Shown here piece by piece: positions 41,334 to 50,616 of a stretch of 64,000 bases of DNA. The DNA lies in the NCBI GenBank assembly GCA_013151035.1, contig JAADJB010000008.1, positions 11,466-75,465 on the forward strand, given 5' to 3'. Below the pieces are notes generated by a model. It was not told the DNA's origin. It saw only the letters and a list, made by a program, of their open reading frames with translations, and did no database searches. This DNA is from Gammaproteobacteria bacterium (GTDB lineage: Bacteria; Pseudomonadota; Gammaproteobacteria; JAADJB01). Position 1 is the stretch's first letter, and each line of letters starts with the position of its first letter. Both the position numbers and the translations under genes were made by a program.

Positions 41334-41816
41334 ATGAAACCCTGGCCTATCGTTGATCAAAGTCAGTTGCTGCAAGAAGATTTCTTTCAGGGACTTAAAT
41401 ATTTTCATAGTCAGGACTGGCTCACAGCCCTGTCCTATTTTCGTTCTATCTACCACCTGGTATCAAAGGATGACACTTTTCGTTGTCGTTATATGTCGTA
41501 TTATGGTCTGGTGCAAATCTATCTGGGTAATATCGAGGGGATACAGCTCTGTCGTCGTGCAGCCTGCGGGGAAATGATGGATGCTGGGGTATTTTGTAAT
41601 CTTGTTATGGCCGAGCTCGAGTTAGACCATCGACATAATGCCTATAAGGCCTTATGCCAAGGGCTGGATATTGATCAACGCCATCCTGGGTTGAATCGTA
41701 TGCAGTTAAAGATGGGAATGCGCAGGTCAGTTGTTGTTCCCTTTTTGAAGAGGCGGCACTGGATTAACCGTTTACTGGGGCGGTTAATGTACAGGTTATT
41801 TAATAATCGCTTTTGA
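41334..41816 (+). CDS. hypothetical protein (160 aa, TPR-like helical)
   Basis: Intact ORF with RBS aaggagg upstream. No recognisable catalytic motif. Confidence 0.4.
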   Translation: MKPWPIVDQSQLLQEDFFQGLKYFHSQDWLTALSYFRSIYHLVSKDDTFRCRYMSYYGLVQIYLGNIEGIQLCRRAACGEMMDAGVFCNLVMAELELDHRHNAYKALCQGLDIDQRHPGLNRMQLKMGMRRSVVVPFLKRRHWINRLLGRLMYRLFNNRF

Positions 41817-44474
41817 TTACTCTTTGTTGAGTAATTCACTGATTGTTTGTAATAAAATATCTGAGTTATAAGGTTTGGATAATAAACTGTTTTTAAGTGT
41901 TTCATCTACTGTAGATGGATGATGATTATCTGCAAAGCCACTGGCTAACTGAATTATAATATCCGGGTATTTTTCTTTAACTATAGCGGCGAGTTGATAG
42001 CCATCTTTTTCAGGCATGATAATGTCGCTTAATAATAAATCAACTTTATTATGTTCAAGGATATGGAGTGCATTTTTAACGCTATTAGCTGATAAGACAT
42101 TAAAGCCATGCTTGTTCAATAGGGTGCTACAAAACTCAAGTAAGTCGGGTTCATCGTCTACCACGAGAATTGTTTCACTACCGATAATTTCTGAGGCGGT
42201 GTCTCTTTTGATTGATACGGGGGGTTTATTGCCTTCATGATGGCGTGGAAAATATAGCATCTGTCGTGTACCGTGCCCTAATTCGGAATAGAGTTTGATT
42301 ACGCCATGGCTGCGCCGCACAAAACCATAAACCTGACTTAATCCTAAGCCCGTTCCTTTTTCCCCTTTAGTTGAAAAAAACGGGTCATATATTTTATTTT
42401 TTATTTGTGGGTCGATGCCGCAGCCCGTATCGCTAATGCTCAGTGAAACATAGTCACCAGCTGTCATTTTCAGGGTGTTTGCATCTATGGTATCAATTTT
42501 TTCATTACGGGTACGAATAATTAGATGACCGCTCTCTTTCATTGCATGCATTGCATTTATGCTGATATTTAGAATGGCATCTATTGTGTCGCCTTCATTC
42601 AGACGAACTGACCATAAGTCTTCTCCCAGATCAAATTCCAGATTAATACGTGCAGTTAACGTTTTTTGTAACATTAGCTGTTGATTAAGTAAAATATTAT
42701 TGAGGTTTAACAGGGTGATGTCAGACTTTTTGTGACGTGAGAAATCCAGTAATTTTTTAGTTAGTGCTGCTCCACGTTCGGCAGAGTGTTTTATTGTATC
42801 GACAAATTTTAAAAGTTTAGGTTGATCCTTTAATTCATCTTTTAATAAGTCGCTATATCCAATAATAACGCCGAGCATATTGTTATAATCATGTGCAACA
42901 CCACCTGTAAGTTTGCCTAAAGCATCCATTTTCATTGCCTGGCGATATTGTTCTTCTGCTAATTTGCGTTTGGTGACATCGCTAAAAATGAGTATCATGC
43001 CAAGGATAATATCGTCTTCATTGAGTATTGCTGCTGCCGAATCTTCTATCTTGTATTCAATGCCATCTTTGGATATTAGCGTGGTGAGGTTATTGAGATA
43101 AATGGTTTGGCCTGTTGCCAGCACCTTGTCTACCGGATTTTCAATGAGTTTTCGGCTCAATTCATCAATAATAATAAATATATTTCTTATCGGTTGACCA
43201 TGGGCTTCTTTAAAGTTCCAACCGGTTAATTTTTGTGCGGCTGGATTCATGCGTGTGATATTGCCTTTCTCATCTGTTGCAATAACCCCATCACCAATAC
43301 TGTTGAGCGTAATATCTAACCTTTTCTCGCGATCTTTTAATTCATCTGTTATCCGCTTAATATTGGTTTTCATTTGATTGAATGCAATAACAAGTGTGTT
43401 GAACGCACCTTGCCTTTTGCTTTCTGCTAATGGTGGCCCCGAATAAATGCCTTGTGATATTGCATCAGCCTGAGTTGCTATTTTTGATAAGTTTCGGGTA
43501 AAGATGATAACAATCCGGTAAGCGATGAATGTAGATAGTGCCGCAATAATGGTACCAATAACTAATAATAGTTGTTTTAGATCGGTTACAGGGGCTGTTA
43601 TTTTATCTACGGGTGCGATGGCAATAATACCCCAATCGAGTGCTTGATTTATACCAAATTCAGGCATGTCTGAATAACCGGCGATAATCTTTGTACCTGT
43701 TATATCGGTATAAGTGATATTTTCTCTATACTCCTGAGTGGCAAAGGTGTCGAGTAATTCGGGTCGCACTGTTAAATCAGGTAAGTTGTCAAGAAATTCT
43801 ACTGAGGGGTCATCGGATATAATGACCTTGCCATTATTATTAACGATATAGATATATTTTTTACCGGCAATGCTATTGTTAAATGAGGAAAGCATCCGAG
43901 CTATATTTTTCAGATTTATTTCCAGTGTTAGTAGACCGATTAATTGAGTATTCGAGTCATCAGTAATAGGTGTGATAACGAGGATGCCGGGGCCAGCATC
44001 TAAAATAGTTGCCTCTGAAATATAAACGTCTCCTTGAGAACCTTTACTCGATAAAGTGTATAGGGTTTCAAATATATGGTGTGTTTTCCAGAATAACTGC
44101 CCCTGTTCATTTTGCATCCCTGAACTGGCAATGATTTTCCCGTCTGGATTTAATATATCTATATCATTAATCCATTTATTTGCTGCTACTATTTCAGTTG
44201 CATACTGAATTTTAGCAGTGATGTCACCACTTTCCAGGACATCTGCTTGAGAAATTATTTTTGCATCAGTTATTCGTTCAATAATGAAAGTATTAATATC
44301 GTAAGCAATAAGGGCTGATTTCTCCTCTAATTGATTTCTAATAATTTCTGTTAATGCGTGAGATGAACTGTATAGACTTATTGTTGCAAATATAGCAAGA
44401 GGAATAATTACTGCTAGTACCGCCGTAATAGCGATTATTGACTCCTGTGATAGGGTTTTGACTTTATTTTCCAT
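41817..44474 (-). CDS. hybrid sensor histidine kinase / response regulator (TM, periplasmic Cache-like, HAMP, PAS, HisKA, HATPase_c, REC)
   Basis: 885 aa. N-terminal TM and a second TM around aa 300. PAS (GDGVIATDEKGNITRMNPAAQKLTGW). H-box (GGVAHDYNNMLGVIIGYSDLL). G-boxes (DTGCGID, GTGLGL). C-terminal receiver with the D of LLSDIIMP. AT-rich relative to neighbours. Confidence 0.88.
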   Translation of the reverse strand: MENKVKTLSQESIIAITAVLAVIIPLAIFATISLYSSSHALTEIIRNQLEEKSALIAYDINTFIIERITDAKIISQADVLESGDITAKIQYATEIVAANKWINDIDILNPDGKIIASSGMQNEQGQLFWKTHHIFETLYTLSSKGSQGDVYISEATILDAGPGILVITPITDDSNTQLIGLLTLEINLKNIARMLSSFNNSIAGKKYIYIVNNNGKVIISDDPSVEFLDNLPDLTVRPELLDTFATQEYRENITYTDITGTKIIAGYSDMPEFGINQALDWGIIAIAPVDKITAPVTDLKQLLLVIGTIIAALSTFIAYRIVIIFTRNLSKIATQADAISQGIYSGPPLAESKRQGAFNTLVIAFNQMKTNIKRITDELKDREKRLDITLNSIGDGVIATDEKGNITRMNPAAQKLTGWNFKEAHGQPIRNIFIIIDELSRKLIENPVDKVLATGQTIYLNNLTTLISKDGIEYKIEDSAAAILNEDDIILGMILIFSDVTKRKLAEEQYRQAMKMDALGKLTGGVAHDYNNMLGVIIGYSDLLKDELKDQPKLLKFVDTIKHSAERGAALTKKLLDFSRHKKSDITLLNLNNILLNQQLMLQKTLTARINLEFDLGEDLWSVRLNEGDTIDAILNISINAMHAMKESGHLIIRTRNEKIDTIDANTLKMTAGDYVSLSISDTGCGIDPQIKNKIYDPFFSTKGEKGTGLGLSQVYGFVRRSHGVIKLYSELGHGTRQMLYFPRHHEGNKPPVSIKRDTASEIIGSETILVVDDEPDLLEFCSTLLNKHGFNVLSANSVKNALHILEHNKVDLLLSDIIMPEKDGYQLAAIVKEKYPDIIIQLASGFADNHHPSTVDETLKNSLLSKPYNSDILLQTISELLNKE

Positions 44475-44640
44475 GACAGAGTTGCTCCATGATAGGCGTT
44501 ACTGACAGTAACATGATTTTTAAGGTAATTAAACCATCGTGCTGTGCTTATACCGGGTAATGTTTTTCATTATGTTTTTTATGAGCTTACATTGGTTCGA
44601 ATACACTTCATGTAATGTTATTCATGTTACAATGGCACCC

Positions 44641-45016
44641 GAAGAGTTAGCTGGACAATCGCGCTGTGACTATGATTTAGTGGCAGGGAGGAAAGTCCGG
44701 GCTCCAATGGGCAGGGTGCCAGGTAACGCCTGGGAGGCGAAAGTCTACGGAAAGTGCAGCAGAAAATAAACCGCCAGCCTGTTTTACAGGCGGGTAAGGG
44801 TGAAATGGTGCGGTAAGAGCGCACCGCATGGGTGGTAACATTCCATGGTATGGTAAACCCCACCTGGAGCAAGACCAAATAGGGGGGCAGAGATACCTCG
44901 GTATTTCAGATATGGCCCGTATCGTCCCCGGGTAGGTCGCTTGAGGAATACGGTGACGTATATCCCAGATGAATGATTGTCCTCGACAAAACCCGGCTTA
45001 CAGGCTGGCTCTTCAC
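44641..45016 (+). ncRNA. rnpB: RNase P RNA, bacterial type A (M1 RNA)
   Basis: Near-identity to the E. coli M1 RNA conserved cores (GGAGGAAAGUCCGGGCUCCA, GGGCAGGGUGCCAGGUAACGCCUGGG, AGGGUGAAA, GGUGCGGUAAGAGCGCACC, GGUAAACCCCACCUGGAGCAAG.CCAAAUAGG, ACAAAACCCGGCUUA). The P1 stem is closed by gaagagttagctgg / caggctggctcttc. Confidence 0.92.
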
Positions 45017-45045
45017 TTAATTTTTATTGAGAGATTGATTGTTAT

Positions 45046-46410
45046 ATGAGCGGAAAGTTATTTATTAAGACCTTTGGTTGTCAGATGAATGAGTATGATT
45101 CAGCCAAAATCTCTGATGTATTGCTGGAATCACATGGACTACAGTTGACCCGGGATGAAATGGATGCGGATGTATTGTTGTTAAATACCTGTTCCATTCG
45201 GGAAAAGGCTCAGGAAAAGGTGTTCTCTCAATTGGGTCAGTGGCGTGAACTTAAAGAAAAACGTCCTGAACTGGTGCTCGGTGTCGGTGGTTGTGTCGCC
45301 AGTCAGGAAGGTGATGCCTTGCGCCTGCGTGCCCCCTATGTTGATATCATTTTTGGCCCACAGACTCTGCATCGCCTGCCGGAGATGCTCAAGCAGGTCT
45401 ATGCACAGAAAAAGCCGGTAACGGATGTCTCCTTTCCCGAGATTGAGAAGTTTGATTCTTTGCCTGCCCCGAAGGCCGATGGCCCCAGTGCCTTTTTGTC
45501 GATCATGGAGGGTTGCAGTAAATACTGTAGTTTCTGTGTCGTTCCTTACACTCGTGGTGAAGAAGTTAGTCGTCCTTTTGATGATATTATTGCCGAGGCC
45601 GTTGCCTTGTCAGAACAGGGGGTGCGTGAAATTAACCTGCTGGGACAGAATGTAAATGCCTATCGTGGCATTATGCATGATGATGAAGAGGCTGATCTGG
45701 CATTACTGATTCGTTATGTTGCCGCTATTGATGGCATTGATCGTGTGCGTTATACCACCTCACATCCAATGGAAATGACGGATAGTTTGATTCAAGCCTA
45801 TGAGGATGTGCCGGAGCTGGTGAGTCATCTGCATCTTCCAGTACAGAGTGGTTCTGATCGTATCCTCGCTGCCATGAAGCGTAATCATACCTGTCTGGAA
45901 TATAAGTCCTTAATTCGTCGCCTGCGTGCAGCAAGACCGGGTATTAGTCTATCGAGTGATTTTATTATTGGTTTTCCAGGCGAGACGGAACAAGACTTTA
46001 ATGACACCATGAAATTGATCGATGAGATGGGTTTTGATCACTCCTTTAGTTTTATCTATAGTGCTCGTCCGGGTACACCGGCTGCGGCATTGGATGATGA
46101 TATATCGTTGCCGACCAAGAAGGCACGTCTGGCACAGCTACAAACCCGTATTAGTGAATCGTCCGCAGCAATTAGTAAGGCGATGATTGGTTCGGTGCAA
46201 CGTGTATTAGTGGAAAGGCTGTCACGCAAGAATATTGCTGAAATGGCGGGTCGAACCGAGAATAACCGGGTGGTCAATTTTGCCGCAGAGCAGGGTATCA
46301 AGGGCTTGTTTGCCGAGGTGCGTATCACTGAAGCACTACCTAATTCTTTGCGTGGTGAGTTGATCTCGGTTGAACAGGCAACGACAAACAAGACGGTTCA
46401 TTATGCCTGA
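45046..46410 (+). CDS. miaB: tRNA-i6A37 methylthiotransferase
   Basis: 454 aa. N-terminal MTTase Cys cluster ([17 protein letters not shown]). Radical-SAM CSKYCSFC. C-terminal TRAM domain. Confidence 0.93.
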   Translation: MSGKLFIKTFGCQMNEYDSAKISDVLLESHGLQLTRDEMDADVLLLNTCSIREKAQEKVFSQLGQWRELKEKRPELVLGVGGCVASQEGDALRLRAPYVDIIFGPQTLHRLPEMLKQVYAQKKPVTDVSFPEIEKFDSLPAPKADGPSAFLSIMEGCSKYCSFCVVPYTRGEEVSRPFDDIIAEAVALSEQGVREINLLGQNVNAYRGIMHDDEEADLALLIRYVAAIDGIDRVRYTTSHPMEMTDSLIQAYEDVPELVSHLHLPVQSGSDRILAAMKRNHTCLEYKSLIRRLRAARPGISLSSDFIIGFPGETEQDFNDTMKLIDEMGFDHSFSFIYSARPGTPAAALDDDISLPTKKARLAQLQTRISESSAAISKAMIGSVQRVLVERLSRKNIAEMAGRTENNRVVNFAAEQGIKGLFAEVRITEALPNSLRGELISVEQATTNKTVHYA

Positions 46411-47377
46411 ACAGGTATCGGTTGATTTTGTACTGGAACCAAACGACACCCGTCGTTTAGCGAGTCTTTGTGGCCATCTGGATGATCACATTCGGCAGAT
46501 CGAGACCCGCCTGGGTATCGAGATCAATAATCGGGGTAATCAGTTCCGGGTGATTGGTGATGAAGGTATTATCCATGAGGCAGTGAGTCTGTTGAAGTCG
46601 CTTTATAATGAGACTGCTTCTCATGAATTGAATGCGGAAAAGATCCATCTGTCATTACAGCAGTCCAGTTTTGAGGCATTGACGGATGAGGATGATGACA
46701 AGGATGCGGCACAATGGACGGTGACTACCCGTCGAGGCAAGGTACAGGGACGTGGCCCGAATCAAAAGGCCTATGTGCGTAAGATACTCACCCATGATAT
46801 TAATTTTGGTGTTGGCCCTGCCGGAACGGGCAAGACCTATCTTGCCGTTGCTTGTGCTGTGCAAGCTTTGGAAAGGGAAGAAGTCGGACGCATTATGTTG
46901 GTACGGCCTGCGGTTGAGGCGGGTGAACGACTGGGCTTTTTACCGGGTGATCTGAGCCAAAAGGTTGATCCCTATCTACGACCTTTATACGATGCGCTGT
47001 ATGAGATGATGGGCTTTGAACGGGTTGAGCGGTTACTGGAAAAACAGGTGATCGAAATCGCGCCATTAGCTTTTATGCGTGGTCGAACACTGAATGATTC
47101 GTTTATCATCCTGGATGAAGCGCAAAATACTACGCACGAACAGATGAAAATGTTTTTAACCCGTATTGGCTTTGGTTCTACTGCGGTTATTACCGGTGAT
47201 ATTACCCAGATTGATCTTCCTCGTGCCTCGGATTCGGGGCTTGAACAGGCGACACATATCCTGAGTGGTGTAGAGGGTATCAGCTTTACCTTTTTTAATA
47301 GTCGGGATGTGGTGCGGCACCCTCTGGTTCAGCGTATTGTGCGCGCGTATGCCAGCTATGATCTACCGGCTAAATAG
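46403..47377 (+). CDS. ybeZ: PhoH-family ATPase (YbeZ)
   Basis: Walker [13 protein letters not shown]. PhoH pattern. The ATG at 46403 overlaps the miaB stop. Conserved miaB-ybeZ-ybeY-corC order. Confidence 0.9.
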   Translation: MPEQVSVDFVLEPNDTRRLASLCGHLDDHIRQIETRLGIEINNRGNQFRVIGDEGIIHEAVSLLKSLYNETASHELNAEKIHLSLQQSSFEALTDEDDDKDAAQWTVTTRRGKVQGRGPNQKAYVRKILTHDINFGVGPAGTGKTYLAVACAVQALEREEVGRIMLVRPAVEAGERLGFLPGDLSQKVDPYLRPLYDALYEMMGFERVERLLEKQVIEIAPLAFMRGRTLNDSFIILDEAQNTTHEQMKMFLTRIGFGSTAVITGDITQIDLPRASDSGLEQATHILSGVEGISFTFFNSRDVVRHPLVQRIVRAYASYDLPAK

Positions 47378-47380
47378 CTT

Positions 47381-47833
47381 ATGTCATCTGATATTGTGGT
47401 TGAGGTTCAGCGTGTGCTGGACGCTATTGATCTGCCATCGGATGAACAGTTAAAGGTTTGGGTGGATGCGGGAGTTGATCAAAAATATTCTGGTTATGAG
47501 ATGGTGATTCGTATTGTCGATGAAACAGAGAGCGCCTCACTGAATGATCGTTATCGTCATAAGTCAGGTGCAACCAATGTATTGAGCTTTACGGCTGATA
47601 TACCCGAAGGAGTTGATCTACCCTTGTTAGGTGATCTGGTAATCTGTGCGCCGGTGGTTGCTCAGGAAGCAAAGGAACAGATGAAAGGTTTATCGGCACA
47701 CTGGGCGCACATGGTGGTTCATGGTGCCTTACATTTACAGGGTTATGATCATCAGGATGAGGAAGAGGCTCAAGTCATGGAATTGATTGAACGAGAGGTT
47801 TTGGAGGGTTTGGGTTTTGCTGATCCTTATTGA
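47381..47833 (+). CDS. ybeY: rRNA maturation endoribonuclease YbeY
   Basis: 150 aa with the HGALHLQGYDH zinc-binding motif. Confidence 0.93.
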   Translation: MSSDIVVEVQRVLDAIDLPSDEQLKVWVDAGVDQKYSGYEMVIRIVDETESASLNDRYRHKSGATNVLSFTADIPEGVDLPLLGDLVICAPVVAQEAKEQMKGLSAHWAHMVVHGALHLQGYDHQDEEEAQVMELIEREVLEGLGFADPY

Positions 47834-47855
47834 TGCAGAATATGGATGCATCCAT

Positions 47856-47905
47856 GTAGGGTGCGCACTGCGCACCAGATGTTTTTTTGATAATGAGAGT
47901 GAAGT
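47856..47905. repeat. REP plus T7 plus conserved 25-nt leader; duplicate of 14972-15022
   Basis: gtagggtgcgcactgcgcaccagatgtttttttgataatgagagtgaa differs from the gyrA-serC copy by only two positions. Preceded by the palindrome atggatgcatccat. Confidence 0.75.
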
Positions 47906-47955
47906 CTGGTCATGGGTAGAACAGTAATGATTACAGGTCAACCGTTAGAGGGGTT

Positions 47956-48798
47956 ATGAAGAAACATCGAAGTAGGCAGGCAGTATCAAAAATCAGATTG
48001 TGGATTGAACGCTTGATCCAGGTGTTGCTGGGAGGCCCCGGCAGTCGTGAAAGTCTGTTATCGATACTGCGTAGCGCACACCATAAAGATTTGTTTGATG
48101 CCGATGCATTAGCCATGATCGAAGGCGTATTGCAGGTATCCGAGATGCAGGTGCGGGATATTATGATTCCCCGATCACAGATGATTGTGGTTTTGCGTGA
48201 TGATGACATCAAGGAGTCTTTGCCACAGATTATTGAATCAGGTCATTCACGTTTTCCAGTGATAGGGGATAGTCGTGACAAGGTGGTGGGAATTTTACTG
48301 GCGAAAGATCTGTTACATGAATATGCAGAGAACGAGACCCGTTTTGATATGCATGATGTTTTGCGTCCTGCTGTTTTTGTACCCGAGAGTAAACGCCTGA
48401 ATGTGTTGTTGAAAGAATTCAGGGTGAGTCGGAACCATATCGCTATTGTGGTGGATGAGTATGGTGGTGTTGCTGGCATGGTGACGATTGAAGATGTGCT
48501 GGAGCAGATTGTTGGTGAGATCGAGGATGAGCATGATGTTGAAGATGTGAACTCAATCTTCAAACATAGTGATAGCAATTACACGCTGAAGGCATTAACC
48601 ACGATTGAAGATTTTAATGCCTATTTCGAGACCGATTTTGTCGATGATGAGTACGACACCATTGCCGGTATGATGATGCGAGAGCTGGGTTGCCTACCTA
48701 AGCGTGGGGATACCGTGACTAAAGGCAAGTATAGCTTTAAGGTGTTACGTGCTGATAATCGTAGAGTGCATGTGGTGCGGTTGACGTTGGGGGTTTGA
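47956..48798 (+). CDS. corC: CBS-domain Mg/Co efflux-associated protein CorC (YbeX)
   Basis: Two CBS domains plus a C-terminal CorC_HlyC domain. Conserved operon position after ybeY. Confidence 0.88.
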   Translation: MKKHRSRQAVSKIRLWIERLIQVLLGGPGSRESLLSILRSAHHKDLFDADALAMIEGVLQVSEMQVRDIMIPRSQMIVVLRDDDIKESLPQIIESGHSRFPVIGDSRDKVVGILLAKDLLHEYAENETRFDMHDVLRPAVFVPESKRLNVLLKEFRVSRNHIAIVVDEYGGVAGMVTIEDVLEQIVGEIEDEHDVEDVNSIFKHSDSNYTLKALTTIEDFNAYFETDFVDDEYDTIAGMMMRELGCLPKRGDTVTKGKYSFKVLRADNRRVHVVRLTLGV

Positions 48799-48987
48799 GT
48801 ATGCGACTGGAAAGACAAGAGATAACGATGACGAGCTCTCAAAATACTTGCTCTATCTGTGGTGAAGGATCTTTGTGCCTACCAAGGGTGGGTATATGAT
48901 GTAGCATGTTTGAATAGCAGATATAAATGCAGGATGAATTAGAGGAAGTATGATATTTGGTTATGTGACTGTTAGTATTAAAAAATT

Positions 48988-49410
48988 ATGATGAAAAATT
49001 GTTTAAACTGTCATTTCTTATGCGATTCATACCGTGAAGAAAATTCAGGGTGTGAATTAAAATTTTCTTTGAAGCAAGAATTGCGTGAATCACTAAAAAA
49101 CAATCCAGTAGGTTATGATAGAGGATGGCATACATTACAATGTCACATGGGAGTATGGGACGAAGGAGTCTCTCCTGTAGCTAAAGGTGAAGATACGATA
49201 CTTTTTTCCCAAGATCGAGGCTATAGTTGTTTTTTTATTCCATATCGTAAATCTATGCTTTTTCCGGCTGCAATTGAAATTCAAAAACGAGAAGAAGAAA
49301 ATAGGTGGCTCAAAAGAACCAGTACTTATACAGTAATAGGTTTATGGTTAGCGGGTATAGGGTTGATACTCAATGCTCTCGTCGCAATATACCAGGCAAT
49401 AAAATGCTAA
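48988..49410 (+). CDS. hypothetical Cys-rich protein with C-terminal TM anchor (140 aa)
   Basis: N-terminal CLNCHFLCD...GCE..LQCH possible metal-binding Cys/His cluster. C-terminal hydrophobic helix. AT-rich. Confidence 0.4.
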   Translation: MMKNCLNCHFLCDSYREENSGCELKFSLKQELRESLKNNPVGYDRGWHTLQCHMGVWDEGVSPVAKGEDTILFSQDRGYSCFFIPYRKSMLFPAAIEIQKREEENRWLKRTSTYTVIGLWLAGIGLILNALVAIYQAIKC

Positions 49411-49519
49411 CAAGAAGTTCCAGGCGGACAATTGACATCGAGGTTCGTTTGGCTACGCCAAGCCTCCCTCTCTGTCAATTCCCGCTGAGCTAGTCGTTAG
49501 GCTACAAAAGGAAAATGAA

Positions 49520-49771
49520 ATGGGTGAAAAAATAGATTATCAAAATATATCTGAAGTCGCTTATACAGATAGCAAGGAAAAAGCAAATGCCTACTTACAA
49601 TTAAGTTGGGTAATGCTTAATATAGAAAGTACGCAATATTCCGAGCATGGCTGGAACACTTCATTTGTTTTTGGTTGGTTAAAAAATAATGGTGAAATAA
49701 AATATCCAGAAAAAAGTAAATGGGAAAAAAATATGGAAGAAGAAAAAGAAGATGAGTCCATACCATTTTAA
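49520..49771 (+). CDS. hypothetical small protein (83 aa)
   Basis: Intact ORF with RBS aaaggaaaatgaaatg. Lys/Glu-rich. No motif. Confidence 0.35.
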   Translation: MGEKIDYQNISEVAYTDSKEKANAYLQLSWVMLNIESTQYSEHGWNTSFVFGWLKNNGEIKYPEKSKWEKNMEEEKEDESIPF

Positions 49772-49893
49772 AATAATTCAAAGATTTAACAAGAAAAATC
49801 AACTTCGCTTGTTCCACACGCCAGTCGTGCAAAAAGTCACGTGCTGCCTATTAAAAATATTATGTTTCTAGTGGGTTTTGACGTAGGTAAATA

Positions 49894-50502
49894 ATGAATA
49901 ACGTAACTTCTGATTTTCAAATAGGTATTAGTTACACAACGGATATACCTGAAGAAATGGTCGCTGGTTTTGAATCAGCAATTGCGATCACAGGTTTAGA
50001 TATAAAATCAGAAGCTAGAGAAGTAGATTCATATGCAGGAGTTGAATGGCTGGTGCCTACAGCAGTAATTGTTTTTATCGGGAAATCATATTTCGACGGG
50101 TTTCTAAAGGAGATGGGGAAGGAACATTACCACCTTTTTAAAAAATATATAGTTACACTGTGGGAACACTTTTTTGGTCAAGATAGAGCCGTTAAATATA
50201 ATCGGGTAAGCACCAAAGGAAAAATATTGTCACTAGATAAATATTCTCCAATATTCTCAATAATGACGGACTTGCTGCCGGGTTACCGAATTAAATATTT
50301 ATTACAAGATGATATATCACAAGCAGAATACCAAAATGCGATCGAGGAATTCTTCTCATTTCTTGAAGAGCTTGATTTTGGGGTGCTAAATAAAAATATA
50401 AAAGGGCAACTTGAAAACGCAAGATCACTTGGTGGTATTATTCTTCTTACATATGAAGAAGGTGCGTTAAAAGTGCTAAATCCAGTATCAAGAAATGAGT
50501 AA
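49894..50502 (+). CDS. hypothetical protein (202 aa)
   Basis: Intact ORF in the AT-rich island. No recognisable motif. Confidence 0.4.
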   Translation: MNNVTSDFQIGISYTTDIPEEMVAGFESAIAITGLDIKSEAREVDSYAGVEWLVPTAVIVFIGKSYFDGFLKEMGKEHYHLFKKYIVTLWEHFFGQDRAVKYNRVSTKGKILSLDKYSPIFSIMTDLLPGYRIKYLLQDDISQAEYQNAIEEFFSFLEELDFGVLNKNIKGQLENARSLGGIILLTYEEGALKVLNPVSRNE

Positions 50503-50616
50503 GATAAAGAAGCATCAAAAATACGTGGATGCGATTGTTTTAGTAATCTTGAAAAGACAATGTCCAGGATGCCATGAAAAATATAACAGCCTGATAATAA
50601 TCTATAAAGGAATACA

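Noticed and set aside
44475-44640. Explicit -35/-10 promoter call for rnpB
   Set aside because: A TACAAT hexamer lies 7 nt upstream of the predicted +1, but no convincing -35 at proper spacing was seen. It is left as unassigned regulatory sequence.
44539-44878. ORFs 44539-44769 (+) and 44627-44878 (-) from the six-frame track
   Set aside because: They lie entirely within the RNase P RNA gene and translate structured-RNA sequence.
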